Assembly: GCF_001194135.2 (NCBI RefSeq)
Contig: NC_068996.1
Span: forward strand, 30,137,486 to 30,201,485
Direction: 5' to 3'
Source: Octopus bimaculoides
Lineage: Eukaryota
Length of the DNA stretch: 64,000 nt
In this document: positions 51,171 through 64,000 of the stretch, piece by piece
How the letters are laid out: every line of letters starts with the position of its first letter
How positions within the stretch are numbered: position 1 is the first letter of the stretch
Position numbers and translations under genes: made by a program
Notes under the pieces: generated by a model
Database searches by the model: none
The model's input: the letters and a program-made list of their open reading frames with translations, nothing else
Told to the model about the DNA's origin: nothing

Positions 51171-53598
51171 CAAACACAATTAGAAGATCATGGCCTGTAA
51201 TAAACCAGATTGACTTTATTTATTGAACAATATTTTAACAGCACATCTGTTTTCCTCAGATTCAAAATGAGTCAAAAATGATAAAAGATTATGATACACA
51301 AATATTCAGCTGGACTATATATATTATGCTTCTTCCTAGACACAAAAAGACTTCAAGTTTCATTTGTCTATAACTGGTTTAACAAGAAAAAAGTAAAAAA
51401 AAAGGAAAGAGCTGTTAGGCAGATGTTTTGTATAAGTTTAATGTAATTCTGTAATTTTGTTCATCCCCTTAGAATATGATACAAATAACTCATAAATATA
51501 TTTATCTTCACATGTTTTAAGGATTGAAAGTTTGGTAGAGACAGAATATTTAAGATGTTCATTAAAGTTACAGTCATTTGTAGTGACATGCTCAGCAAGT
51601 TCCATCGAAATAGTGTTATTGTTCCTGACATTATATCTATGCCCATTAAATTTGTTTTGTTTTTTTTTAATGTTGTGCAGCCAACAAGATTTTGAACTTG
51701 AGGAAGAGACATAGTGTTGAAATATTGTTCTAAAAGCATAGTAAAGCTGTATTTTGTTACACCTCATGCTCTTCTAATTGTGTATTTACTTTCATAAAGA
51801 GTTAGATGAATTTTCATAAATAACAATAAGATGAGTACGATGTGATTTGTAATAGAGATTGTTTATTTACCTTCATGAAGAGTTACATCAATCTTTATAA
51901 ATTATCAAAATCTAAAGATGATGATAACAGTTTCAAATTTTGGTATAAGGCCAGTTATTTTTACGGAAGGTAGTAAGTTGATTACATTGACCCCAGTGCT
52001 TAACTGGTACATATTTTATCAATCCCAAGATGAATGGCAAAGTCAACCTCAGTGGAAGCTGAACTCAGAATGTAAAGTTAGAAGAGAAACCGCTAAGCAT
52101 TTTGTCCAGTGTGCTGATTGTGCCTGTTCACTGCCATGCTGATAATGATAGTTTGAATTCTGTGAAATATTTTCATTAAAAAAATCTCTTTCCATCTACA
52201 AAGCAATATTATGTTAAATAGATTCACGATAACATTTCTCCTCTTCAATCCATAAATTCTTTTTACTATCCATTTTACCATTCTGCCATTATCTCATCTT
52301 AGATTATAATATAGTGAAGTGCCAGTTGTTTTCCATAATAACATTGATTTGTGTTTCTTAGCTGGTTCAAATTGGTGTTTTACTGATAATTTTAGAGCAG
52401 AAACTGAAAATTGAGATTTATTGTTGTGTGTTAGACTACTACAAGTCCTTGAATTCTGGTGATTATTATTGATTAATGATAGTTAACTTTTCATATTACC
52501 TAAGACTTGTATATGAGCAACTGTCTTGAACAAATTGTTTATATTTGCATATAGATACATACTTTATGCTCCTCTATCTGTTATGAATTAAATTTTTTTT
52601 TTCATTTCTGCCTAAAAATGATAGAAAAGTAAAAGGCAAAAATTTTGGAAATTTTTGCTCCAATGTTATATTTCCTCCATGCAGTTACTTTAACACTAGA
52701 AGTATGGATGAATCTAAGTGTTTTATTATGTCTTACAATTTAAATGTTTTATATTGTCACTTCATATCATACCAGATATTTTATATATGAATAAACTTTG
52801 TTTTATATTTCATCATTATGTATTTTATATTTCATGATTGTAAGAGCTTGTTTCAGTTTTTTACCTTATATATCAACTTACTGCCCGAATTTTACAGACT
52901 GTGATATGTCACCTTAATTGCCTTAAATTTTTTTCTATTCTGGGTATGGGGTGGGGGAGACATTGATTGAGAAACAAAAGTAGGAGGTAACAATAATTCA
53001 AAAATGAAAGAATATTGAAATAAATTTCTAATCATAAGAATTTGATTTGAAAATATTTTCTAGTATTACAATTGTATAACTGTACACTAATGGGATAGTA
53101 TGCAAATGAATACATAAAACTGCGGGAGTCTAGAAAAAGTATCTATGTATGATATTTAAAAGAAAGAAATAGAAAATATAACAAAATATGATATATTGTT
53201 GTACGTAATTTGCTCGTGTGCATAAGACCAACTATTAAACTTATATTCGTATCCATTTTAGAATTTAGATGTCTGAATCTACATCTCATCATTGCAGGAG
53301 TATGTCTCTCCTTTATGATTTATTACATAAAATACTTCAATTTATTTTTATTAATTTAAAAGAGTGAATAATTTCAAGATTTAAAGAATTTTTAAATGCG
53401 AAAATATTTCTGAAGTGACAATTTAAACCAATTAAAAACACGATTTTTTTTTTTCCCAAATGGGGCAACTGTTATAAATTCATAAATTTAATATTTTACT
53501 CGGTTTAGCATGTGCATATGACTGTAAATATATGTTGTTAACTGTAACTCCTTAATTTGAACAAAAAATGTTTTATAAAAATTGTCAAAAACTCTTTT

Positions 53599-53700
53599 AA
53601 TTCAAATTACAATAAATGTAAACAAACAAAGTTTGCTTTTAGAAGCACTGAGATGTATTGAAACAAACTTTGTTTGTTTACGTTTATCGTAATTTGAATT
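53599..53700. repeat. 37-bp inverted repeat with a 28-nt loop
   Basis: 53599-53635 versus the reverse complement of 53664-53700: 2 mismatches. Confidence 0.9.
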
Positions 53701-53763
53701 TAACATACAGCATCTTATAAAGCTAGATTTATAAGTTCAAAAATTGTGGATTAACTTGTCAGC

Positions 53764-53836
53764 GAGAAGTTTAGCTTAATGGTAAAGCACTTGACTGGTA
53801 ATCACAGGGATGCGAGTTCAAGTCTCATGGCTGACT
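53764..53836 (+). pseudogene. Degenerate tRNA-like sequence (Thr-GGT-like), probably a SINE head or tRNA pseudogene
   Basis: A box tagcttaatgg, loop ctGGTaa and B box gagttcaagtc are present; the anticodon, T and acceptor stems pair poorly. Confidence 0.5.
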
Positions 53837-54001
53837 GTTGACAAATTTTTCTGCAAAATATGGATATTTTATCCTGATCCTGCTGTTCCATCAGCATTAT
53901 TCTGCATTTGAGAATAAATTATTTCCTTATCTATATCTTTCTTTTAGTTCAGTTTTATTTCAGTCATCGTATTTTCTTTATATAGTATATATACATACAT
54001 A

Positions 54002-54345
54002 CAGTGGCAGACTGTCTAAAAATATTGGTTGCCAGGAGACTAAGGGGGCCCACCCGCGACTACAAATAGGCCCATCTGTAACTACAAGTGGGCCCACCTG
54101 CAACTACAAGGGGGTCCACCTGCAACTACAACGCTATCATTTATTTATTTTTTTTTTTTGTTGTTTTTTGTTAAAAGTATTCTTTTCAATTGTCTACAAA
54201 CATAGCCAGGCTGAAATAATGCATTCTTCCAAGAGTGAATAAAAAATTTTGAAACTTGAGGGCATGGGCCCCCATATATAGATTCTAATGGTGCAGGGGC
54301 CCACTTGCCATCAGGCAAGCTGGCAACCTGGCCAGTCTGCCACTG
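54002..54345. mobile_element. hAT-type MITE (344 bp), 13-bp TIR, 8-bp TSD
   Basis: TIR CAGTGGCAGACTG / CAGTCTGCCACTG; TSD catacata at 53994-54001 and 54346-54353. Confidence 0.9.
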
Positions 54346-54409
54346 CATACATATATGTATATGTGTGTATCTTTTAATCCCTTTTTTCTTCCTATATATA
54401 TATATTCTT

Positions 54410-54782
54410 TTATTTATTTCAGTCATTTGACTGCAGTCATGCTGAAGTACTGCCTTAAAAGGTTTTTTTATTTGAAGAAATTGACCCCAGGATTTATTCT
54501 TCGTAAGCCTAGTACTTATTCTATCAGTCTCTTTTCCTAAACTGCTCAGTCACAGGAACACAAACACACCAACATCAGTTGTCAAGCAATGGTAGGGGAC
54601 AAACGTACTTATATATACAACGGGCTTCTTTCAGTTTCCATCAACCAAATCCACTCACAAGGCTTTGGTCAGCCCAAGGCTATAGTAGAAGACATTTGCC
54701 CAAGCTGCCATACAGTGGGACTGAACCCGGAACCATGTAGTTTGGGAAACAAGCTTCTTGCCACACAGTCACACCTGTGCCT
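54410..54782 (-). mobile_element. tRNA-derived SINE (family 1), full length
   Basis: Tail-to-head match, including gggactgaacccggaaccatg. Confidence 0.85.
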
Positions 54783-55324
54783 ATTATATATATATATATA
54801 TATATATATATTTTAATAATGATAAGGAAAACGAAGTTTTTCCACATCTATAATTTTATTACACAGTTATTTACAGCATTCTTTCTAGACCGTATATTAC
54901 AACTGCATCAACTGTTCTCTGTTAGATATACATCCTGGTGTCATTGTCAGTACTATTTCATCAGGGTTCTTATTTACTGCCATTTCAAGATGAAACTGAA
55001 GAAATCAATAAGCTGAATAAATAAAGTGTTTTTTAGGAGGTAAGGGTGTTACTATAAATAGTTGTAGGAATCTTGACCTAGGGTTCACCTCCTCTAAATG
55101 TGATAGGTGAAGTAAAATATAGTCCTAAAAATAGGTCAAGGCTGGATTAAATGTTTGTGTAGATTCATTACTACTATAAGAAGTTTACCACTCCACTCAT
55201 TTCAAGGAGAATATTCTTAGTTTTAGAGGTATTCAGTTAATTTTGACTTTTATTTTTTGTTTCTTGTTTTCACAATTGGTATTCTAACAATTTATAATTT
55301 TTTTTATTATATAAAGTGCAATGT

Positions 55325-56030
55325 CATCATCATCATCATTTAACATCGGCTTTCCATGCTAGCATGAGTTGGACGATTTGACTGAGGACTGGCTAACCAC
55401 ATGGCTACACCAGGCTCCATTCTGATTTGGCTGAGTTTCTACAGCTGGATGCCCTTCCTAACGCCAACCACTCCAAGAGTGTAGTGGGTGCTTTTATGAG
55501 CCACCAGCACAAAGGCCAGTAAGGCGGTACTGGCAATGGCCATGCTCAAAATGGTGTATTTTACGTGTAACCTGCACAAGAGCCAGTCCAGCGGCACTGG
55601 CAACAACCTCGCTTGAATGTCTTTTCGTGTGCCAGGAAGGCGACGCTAGTAGCAATCATGCTCAAATGGTGCTATCGAATGTCTTTTCACGTGCCACTGG
55701 AACAAGTGCCATTAAGGTGACACTGGTAACGATCACGCTCAAATGGTGCTATTTACGTGCTACTGGCACGGAAGCCAGACAGCTGCTCTGGCAACGATCA
55801 CGCTCGGACAGTGCTCTTAGCGCCCCACTGGTACAGGTGCCATCACAATTTCGGTTTCATTTGCCCCAAATGGGTCTTCACAAGCCAAGTTTAGTGTCCA
55901 ATGAAGGAGACGTTGGCATGGGTGCCAGTCGTCGAATTTGGTTTGATTTCGATTTCACTTGCCTCAACAGGTCTTCACAAGCGGAGTTTAGTGTCCAATC
56001 AAGGAAAGGTACGCATAAGTGGGCTGGCTG
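55325..56030 (-). mobile_element. RTE-type 3' tail repeat with internal ~55-60 bp tandem units
   Basis: 55325-55600 closely matches 22261-22570; recurring ctggcaacgatcacgctc...tgtcttttcacgtgcca units. Confidence 0.75.
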
Positions 56031-58010
56031 TTAGAATTGTTTAAAAGTAAATTTTCTTGCATGAAGACACCTTAAACCACATTCCTGTCTAGTGTTTATC
56101 AGATTAAATTTAGAAGTGAAAATTTGGTACATTTCCTTTCTGCATAAGTTACATCTTTTACTCCCTATACTATACAGTTTAACCTTACTAATAATATCAC
56201 ACCCAATTAAATATATTTTGTTACTATCCTTCAGCAACGAAATTAATTTACTGAGACTTGTAAAATTTTTCTTGTCTCTATATCCGAAACAATTTTTGTG
56301 GTTAGCTATTCTTTGTTCGATAAAACATGAGCTGGCACCTATATAGAAATACTCCTTGTTTTTTTATATGTAACTTTGCACCTGTAAACCACATTTTTAA
56401 TCTTACATTCAAAGTTTAAGGAAAAATGCCTATTCTTTGTGCAATCACAGTTATTCTTCTAATTCTATTATTTTTTATTTTGGTTTCATTCATGGTAATT
56501 TCTAACTTTTTCGCCTATGTTCCTGGTTATTTGCATTATTCCCATTAATGACATTCTGGGTACTGCACTTTTAAGCATTCTTGTCTTCCCTTCCTAGTCT
56601 CACGTTTGAGTTAGTTATAGTTGTTTCCCTTTGATCAATGCTTCTGCTATAACTATTTCTCGTGTCCCTAGCTTAGTCAGTTATATTAATATCATTACTA
56701 TTTATTGCTAATCCACTATTTATATTCAGGTTATTACTATCAGTATTCTCATGGAAATTCCTTAACTTACTCATGCTATGTGTTGCTATAATTTGCACAA
56801 GGTTCCAGCTATTAGAAAATGCAAGTCTAATTTTATGTCTATTAACACATTAAAATATTTACTATTTTTTTGAAAATATTTTTCCAGCAGAACAATTTGG
56901 GAGTGTTGGAAAGAATTTGCTTTCAGAAGGGAATTATATACCACTCCACATTACTAGACACATTTTCACTAGAGAAGTTTTTGGTATGGTTGCCAGCAGT
57001 TTTAGTTATGTACCTAGTAAAAGTGTTTAACCTATTTCTTTGGTTTTTATATTTGGTCCACTGGTCATTAACCTTGTTAATTATTTATGTATTTCTAGTG
57101 AGATGGTTCTCATAGTGATAACCTCCTTTATCTGAGTGCAGCCTACTAATGTTTCAGCTATTATCTAAGTTACATAATACTTTATTTGGCTGTAATTCCT
57201 TAAAACCATTCACCTTCGTATTAGTTGGTATTCCATGGTTCTCTCCTCTTAGTCCTTAGCTGGCTATTATTCATCTTTTTTCCATTAACTAGTATACTGC
57301 AATTATTGTCATGATTATCCTTCTTACTACATTTCTTTATTGAATTGTTGATTTTGTTGTAGAATTTTAATTTTTCCCCATATCCTGCTTTCCATAGTGC
57401 TACATTATAAAGTCCTTATTTTGTTTGAAAATTTCTTCATTCACTGTTAGGTTCGAAATTTGGATAGACATGTTCTCTAATATTGATTGGGTTATGCATT
57501 TAAGGTGATTACTATTTTTATATATGTATCTAAGGTTCGTGTTAGGCTTATGATAAAGCTTATAAATCCCTTCACTTAAATCTAATGTAACATCAAGAAG
57601 GTTGACAGAGTTGAGTTCATTCTTTATTGATATGAATAGTCCTGGGTTCTTATAGAAGTTTTTAAAAATTCTCCTGTACCTCTCTATCTCTGTGTCTGAG
57701 GGTTTATCCAGGGTAAAAAGTGCATCATCCCTGTATAGATCCCCTCCTATATCAGGAAATTCTTTGTTTATGCTAAATAGTAAGTAGATTCCTACTAAGT
57801 CCCTAACTTGCATGGAGTCTGTTGATCCCATAGTAATATTGAACATCTTCAGTTTCACCTTTCTAACCCAGTACTTCTCTTCAAATTTGATAACTCATTT
57901 TCTAGCCACTAAGATAATGTCTATCTCTTCTCTAGTTAGTTCAGAGTTGTTTCTAACAAACAGGAATGCCTTATTTAGGAGGATAGGATTTATAGAAGAG
58001 TAATAGTTAG
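56031..58010 (-). mobile_element. Decayed near-complete PLE (RT + GIY-YIG)
   Basis: RT FNITMGSTDSMQVRDLVGIYLL...LYRDDAL...LLDVTLDL; endonuclease ECKIKNVVYRCKV...NHKNCF...SKRCNLC.KE...INTRQE..RCLH. Confidence 0.88.
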
Positions 58011-58409
58011 TAATATCAATTTGCATAAATCTTGCTCTATTTTTATTGGTGAGACTAATGAACTACTTGATGGCAACCTCGGGTATCAGTCTGCCGACCA
58101 GCAGTGGTATATAGTGTCATACTGTCACATGGTGCTTCTTTGTTTGGCAGTACTTCACCCCTGTTTGTTGATTTTTGCAGTGGATGAAAGGAAGGGACAG
58201 TGTTCTTTCATAATATTCTGTTTTCTGCTGGGGAAAATGGTGACCAACACAGTTGTCATGCCTCAAACAGCTTACAAGAGCATTGCCATGTACAAAACAA
58301 AAGTTTACAAGTAGTTTTCACACTTTAGGAATGGTCAGTTGTTATGTGGAGACCAACCTCATTCAGGGCAACCGGTGACCTCCCCAACTAATGCAAACAT
58401 CATGAAAAT

Positions 58410-58496
58410 ATACATATATATATGTGTGTGTTTTTATATAGATAAGTATATATGTCTCACGCGCACGCTCTCTATACATGTGTGTGTGTGTGTGTA

Positions 58497-58554
<58 letters not shown>

Positions 58555-58622
58555 CACACACACACACACATGTATATATATGTATATGTATATATATATG
58601 TGTATATATGTATGTATATATA
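58410..58622. repeat. Compound microsatellite next to gap 58623-58722
   Basis: Directly visible. Confidence 0.95.
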
Positions 58623-58722
58623 NNNNNNNNNNNNNNNNNNNNNNNNNNNNNNNNNNNNNNNNNNNNNNNNNNNNNNNNNNNNNNNNNNNNNNNNNNNNNN
58701 NNNNNNNNNNNNNNNNNNNNNN

Positions 58723-58870
58723 TAACCCTAACCCTAACCCTGACTCTAAAACCGTAACCCTAACACCAACCCTAATCTTAATCCTAACCCTAACCCTAAC
58801 ACTAACCTTAACCCTAACCCTAATCCTAACCGTAAAATTGTAACCATAACCTAAAACCCTAACCGTAACA
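58723..58870. repeat. Degenerate telomere-like (TAACCC)n tract
   Basis: About 20 imperfect TAACCC units; likely inside a repeat element. Confidence 0.8.
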
Positions 58871-59552
58871 TCCTAGTGGAAATCGTGCAGGTGTTAATCT
58901 GAAAAATTACCAAACCCTTTTTGTGTACCCATTTATATTGTGTAATTCACTGACAAATTGTTACATACCTCTTTGTTTCATTGTTGTTGTGAAATATAAA
59001 CAAAACTCTCTCGCTCCCAAAGTAGTATATGTGAGAGTGAGAGGGGGGAGAAAGATGAACGATTTAAAATAAATATATTTTAATTGTTGTGTGAGAAAAT
59101 ATATATAATCTCATTCTAAAATATAGTGTCTTTCAAAAACTGCCCTCTCCCACTTTTTCTTTCGTTAGACGCTTTCTGTCTCCCTCTCCTGCTTTTTCGT
59201 TACTTTTTTTTTATTAGACGCTGGCAAACAAAATCTGTCTTGCNNNNNNNNNNNNNNNNNNNNNNNNNNNNNNNNNNNNNNNNNNNNNNNNNNNNNNNNN
59301 NNNNNNNNNNNNNNNNNNNNNNNNNNNNNNNNNNNNNNNNNNNNNNNNNNNNNNNNNNNNNNNNNNNNNNNNNNNNNNNNNNNNNNNNNNNNNNNNNNNN
59401 NNNNNNNNNNNNNNNNNNNNNNNNNNNNNNNNNNNNNNNNNNNNNNNNNNNNNNNNNNNNNNNNNNNNNNNNNNNNNNNNNNNNNNNNNNNNNNNNNNNN
59501 NNNNNNNNNNNNNNNNNNNNNNNNNNNNNNNNNNNNNNNNNNNNNNNNNNNN

Positions 59553-60494
59553 TATATATATGCTCTTTATGGATTGGGTATATTATTCCCTCCTTCAGCT
59601 TGCTTGGTAGTCTACCATTTGCAAGAAAGCTCTGGAACAGAATCTGGAGGGGTTTTGCCAGGGCACGGTTACACGATTTGAGGAGGATTGCTGGGAAACC
59701 ATCAGGACCAGCAGTTGAGTTTGTGTCCACTTCATCTATGGCTTGTAGTATATCTTCTTTGCAAATGTCGATGGATTCCATCGTAATTGCCTCGCTGGTT
59801 ATAGGTGATGCAGCAAAGTCCAATGGTTTGTTCAGTTGTCTGTGTTCCAACAGTAAGGTAAAGACACTTTTGAATTGGTCATTCAGTACCTCACTGATCT
59901 TGGTTGAACTGTCTGTGAGGGAGCCATCCTTTTGGAAGAGAGGTCCTATTTTGCGGCATACTGAGGCTGTTTCATTCGTGTAATGAAAGAAGGCCTTTGG
60001 GTTTGACTTAATGTTTTTTATAACCCAGGCTTCTTTGTCTGCTCTCTCCCTCACATAGGATTGTTGCAAGCTTTTTTCAATCTCCATCAGTGTTGTTTTT
60101 AGGCAGGACCTTTCTCTACTTTTGGGATATTGGTTGAGGCGATTTACAACCTTCATCCATCATTTCATGAAGATCTTCCTCTCCCTTGGAATCTTGTTCC
60201 TATTTGTTTTGGCCTTGTGCTCTGGGACATATTTCTGGCATATGGCTTGCATAACAGACATGAAATATTCGTTTCATGTCAATGTCTGGTGTGGGGAAAC
60301 ATTTCGGCCAATCCTGTCTGAGGATCTCTTTTTGGATCGATTTCCAGTCTGCTTTGTACAAGTTCGGCCCAAACATAGACAGCTCTATTATGTTGTGATC
60401 CAAGACTAATGTCAGTGTCACTTTCACATCATGAATGATGTCTATATTGTTCGTGAAGCAGAGATCCAAAATGTTATTTGCCCTAGTTGGTCTA
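59553..60494 (-). mobile_element. CR1-clade LINE ORF2 fragment (APE C-terminus to start of RT)
   Basis: RPTRANNILDLCFTNN, IKSNPKAFFHY, STAGPDGFPAILLK, LPSKLKEGIIYPIHK. Confidence 0.88.
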
Positions 60495-61960
60495 TGTTGT
60501 GGGTGGGGAGGTTAAAGATGGTGTTGGTGATTAGGAAGTCATGCTCTGCACAGGTCTGGAGAAGTAGCAGACCGTTGCTGTTGCAGTTGCCAATTCGATG
60601 TTTCCCAATCACTCTTTCCCAGGAGACACTATCACAACCAACTCTCACATTGAAGTCACCTAGAATGATGAGTTTGTCTGCACGGTGATGACAGAGCTCA
60701 AGTCTTCATAGAACTTGTCCTCGGTCCCATTTGGATTCGTCATGGTGGGGGCATAGGCACTGACAATGGTGGTGTACTTCTGTTAGCAACAAAGGGGGAG
60801 TCTCATCATCATTAGGCAATCATTCATACCCTTTGGGGGACCAACCAACTTGCCAGCCAATGTTGACTTAACTGCAAAGCCAACTCCAGCCTCTCTTCTC
60901 TCTTCAGGTCCACATCCACTCCAAAAGAAAGTGTACCCTGCACCTTTTTCTTGTAGTTCGCCTTCGCCCGGCAGCCTGGTTTCACTGAGAGCAGCAATTT
61001 CGATGTTATATCTGGCGAGTTCATTTGCTATGAGTGCTGTGCATCTCTGAGGTCTCTTTGACTCGTCACTGTCAAGGAGTGTACATACATTCCAAGCAGC
61101 GAAGATGAGTGGTGTAATCCTCATTTTTTTTTCTTTGTTCTTTGTTTCGACCGCAATGTGTAGGGTCCCCTACAGTCGCAGTAAGTTGGCTAGGGTAGGT
61201 GGAGCAGGCAATGTTTGGGACACCTTTTCTAGTCCACTCCTCATGCCATGGAGGTGAGCAGTGCATTCCTAAATAGGGCTGCTCAGTCGCCCAGATGGCT
61301 ACCAAAATCCACTGCTGCTCCAATCAGTGAATAGTCACCTTATGGCCTAAGCTGCCTGTGTGCAGGTTTGCGGCTACGACTTCCAGTGTATCCACACCTG
61401 ATGCTTCGTTGTATGCCTGTCGCCACAGGACTTTGGGATGAAGAGGTGAAAAGAAGGATGAAAGATGACTTGCGAGAGGAAACTTTGTTTAAAGTGAGGA
61501 AGGGTTGCGCATCGCCGACCTCACTCTCTCATCCGAGACCGTCTTAACCAGTGGCAAGACCAGATTGAGATGACTGGGAACAGAACTGGATGCAGTGAAT
61601 GACCAAGATGTCCTATAGTGCCTCATCTTGCCCTATGCACTCCACGGTGCCCTGCTGTAACTTCCCTCTTCTCCGTTCAAACCGTTCTGGTGGTTTCTTC
61701 TGTAGAATCAGCTGGCTTCAGTCTTCGTATGTGTATAGGTAGGCAAGCCCTAATTTGCTGAAGGTTTAAGACCTGGTTGACTATCCTCACTTGGTTTAGC
61801 CAGCTAGTCGAAGCCGTTACCTGGGGTGTGGCCGCTGTTGCATACAAATAGCTACTGGGAGCCACAAATGAGAGCTGAGTGCAGGTGGGGACCAAAGCGG
61901 AACAACTATTCCGAGGAGGAGCACGACTGTTGCCCCGTCAGAGGTACTACCACAGGTCCA
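60495..61960 (-). mobile_element. RTE (BovB-like) LINE 5' end: 5' UTR + APE endonuclease
   Basis: FAAWNVCTLLD...RCTALIANELARYNIEIAALSETRLPGEGEL.E.GAGYTFFWSG...GVGFAVK; LGDFNVRVG; ITNTIF. Confidence 0.9.
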
Positions 61961-61999
61961 TGGCACAGATTGTTTGAAAGAAACAAGAGTTCATACGCT

Positions 62000-63745
62000 C
62001 CTATGCTCTTGTCAAGCCACATATTAAACTTCTAGAAAACATAATGAAGACAAGAGTGCTCAATGACAACCCTGCATGGATGGAATCAAATGAAGGACAG
62101 ACAGTATCAAAAAAGAAACTTCAAACATCACTGACCCCAAAAACAACACTGAAAAAGAATCTAAAAACAACAGTGACAGCAGCAACAGCTGCAATAAGAA
62201 TAGTGCTCCAACTGGAAGAAACACGCCTCGAAAGAGTAGGAAAAGATATCAACGCATGCATTCTGCACCCCTCAAAAGGCAATATGCAGAGGCTGTATGA
62301 ACTGCAGCTATCAAACAACAGTCTTTTTTTAACATGTCCCAGAAGATAGTACAGCAGCTGACATGGATGCACAGGATGTAGACTCAAAGCCATGCATTCG
62401 AATGCACAAGACCGCCTCAGGTGACAGGCTCAAGATGGCCACCACTAACACTTACCCCAATATCGTACCCATATTCCTACTGAATATTAGGGTCTGCTAC
62501 AACTCAGCAATAGAGGTAAAATTCTCTATCTAAAAGAGCTTGCTACGTGCAATCAAGCAATATGCATGGCACTCACTAAAACACATCTAGCCCCTGATGT
62601 AACAGATGCGGAAGTGCACATACCAGGGTATGCTGTATTTCATACAGACAGAAGAGAAAGAGGCCATGGTGGAGTTGCTATGTACATCTGTGAAGATGTC
62701 ACACCTCTTGTATTACTGTCACACTCAAACTCGGTTTGCGACACCTTAATAATACATATAAAGCAAGCTGATGTAGCTGTATGCACAAAATATCATCTGC
62801 CGAATACCACAAAATATGATGGAAAATTTGAGGATTGCCTCAAACACATCGAAGAGTTATTAACAAACCTAGATCAGAACATCAACATACTCCTCCTGGG
62901 TGATTTCAAATTCCCACATGTCAAATGGCCAGAAGGCCACATCCTTTCTAGGATGTCCCTGCATGAACAAAAGCATGTAGAGTCATTATTTGAACTTACT
63001 AATAAGCTCTTCATGGAGCAAGTAATACTAAGGCCAACCAGGAGGAACAACATATTGGACCTATGCTTCACAAATAATGTGGACCTTATCTATAATGTGA
63101 AGGTGACACCAACAGCACTTTCAGATCACAACATTGTTGAACTAACTATGTATGGCCCTGCTATCTACCCTATCAGGAGGACTCAAGCCTTATCCAACCT
63201 GAATTTCCATAAGGCAAAATGGGAATCAGTCTGCAAAGAGATTCACAAAGGAAACTGGTCCAACATTCTGTGTATGCATGACATTGATCTGAAACTCAGC
63301 TAGTTTATGTCAACAGTGCAAGCTATATGCACTAAATATATCCCAGAAAGAAAGGCCAGTACACTGACAAACAAGATTCCCAGAGACAGAAAAATCCTCA
63401 TGAGATGCAGGTCAAAGATCCTAAAGTGGCTGAATAGACAACTGAAGGATAGAGAGAAGTCTATCTAAACACGGATGCTTCTAGAAATTGAAAGGAAGAT
63501 CAAACTCTGTCATGAAAGGGAAAGAACAGAAAGGCTGTGGAAAGCAGAAAAATAAATCTATAAATTTGTAAAGGAAACAGCCACAATACAATATAAAATA
63601 GGACCATTGTTCCAAGAGAATGACTCACTGATGGCGGATCCAGGAAGGGTAAGTGAACAATTTAAAGGTATCTTCACTTCCCCCCTTTGACACATGCAGA
63701 TAAAAAAATCTGGCTGAATTCTTTGATATTGCAGCTCTAAAAACG
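62000..63745 (+). mobile_element. CR1-clade LINE 5' part (possible ORF1 remnant + APE)
   Basis: ALTKTHL...IPGYAVFHTDRRERGHGGVAMY...LLGDFKFPHVKW...RPTRRNNILDLCFTNN...SDHNIV; same family as 59553-60494, opposite strand. Confidence 0.88.
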
Positions 63746-63856
63746 GAGGGGTTGTGGTATGACATCAGTGTCTGGGGAGGCTGACCGGAAGGGCGAGTCG
63801 ACCGGAAGGGGAAAAAGGGCTGCGGTGAGGACAAGACGTGTTAAGCGACGGTCTAG

Positions 63857-64000
63857 GTTTGGTGTGATGCTAGCAGTATAGCGATAGGGGTTGTGTTGGA
63901 GATCGAAGGTGCTGAGGTGGAGGATGCGGCCTGGCTACGGAAAGCGGACGACTTCAACCACATCAATGTCGCCAAACTAGATGCGGTGCTGAAAGGGGTG
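63857..64000 (+). mobile_element. LTR retrotransposon RNase H fragment (runs off the window)
   Basis: VWCDASSIAIGVVLEIEGAEVEDAAWLRKADDFNHINVAKLDAVLKGV; GC-rich. Confidence 0.75.

Noticed and set aside
53764-53836. Functional tRNA-Thr gene
   Set aside because: The acceptor, anticodon and T stems are broken and no clear oligo-T terminator follows directly.
54930-54990. CTGATGA on the - strand near the PLE 3' region
   Set aside because: I could not identify a convincing stem II or GAAA partner.
58723-58870. True telomere or chromosome end
   Set aside because: The tract is short, degenerate and flanked by ordinary sequence on both sides.
45000-64000. A second host protein-coding gene downstream of the formin
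   Set aside because: No exon-like ORF with splice sites and recognisable homology; all identifiable ORFs are TE-derived.

Overview
This is eukaryotic, AT-rich, repeat-dense genomic DNA from a draft assembly, with 6 N gaps that mostly sit next to (TA)n tracts. The repeat families resemble those of Octopus; that species call is an inference. One host gene is supported: the 3' half of a Diaphanous-related formin on the + strand (FH2 domain, DAD and C-terminal tail). I reconstructed it by hand as 10 phase-consistent coding exons between 5441 and 44982; the 5' exons lie upstream of the window. The gene has a clear minor-spliceosome (U12, AT-AC) intron at 27768-29836 that also encloses an in-frame cryptic GT-AG pair. 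It has at least one alternative terminal exon and a Met-to-Val change in the DAD core. The introns and downstream region hold decayed Penelope-like elements (several with hammerhead ribozyme motifs), RTE, CR1 and R4-type LINE fragments, tRNA-derived SINEs, two solo LTRs, a mariner relic and several MITEs. The most unusual repeat is a 470-bp fold-back element that combines a tRNA-like Pol III head with a hammerhead motif. Most ORF-track entries are spurious (microsatellite, gap or antisense) or are TE debris. I found no prokaryotic system, CRISPR array, rRNA or intact tRNA. Exon, TIR and TSD coordinates were counted to the base; boundaries of decayed TEs are approximate.
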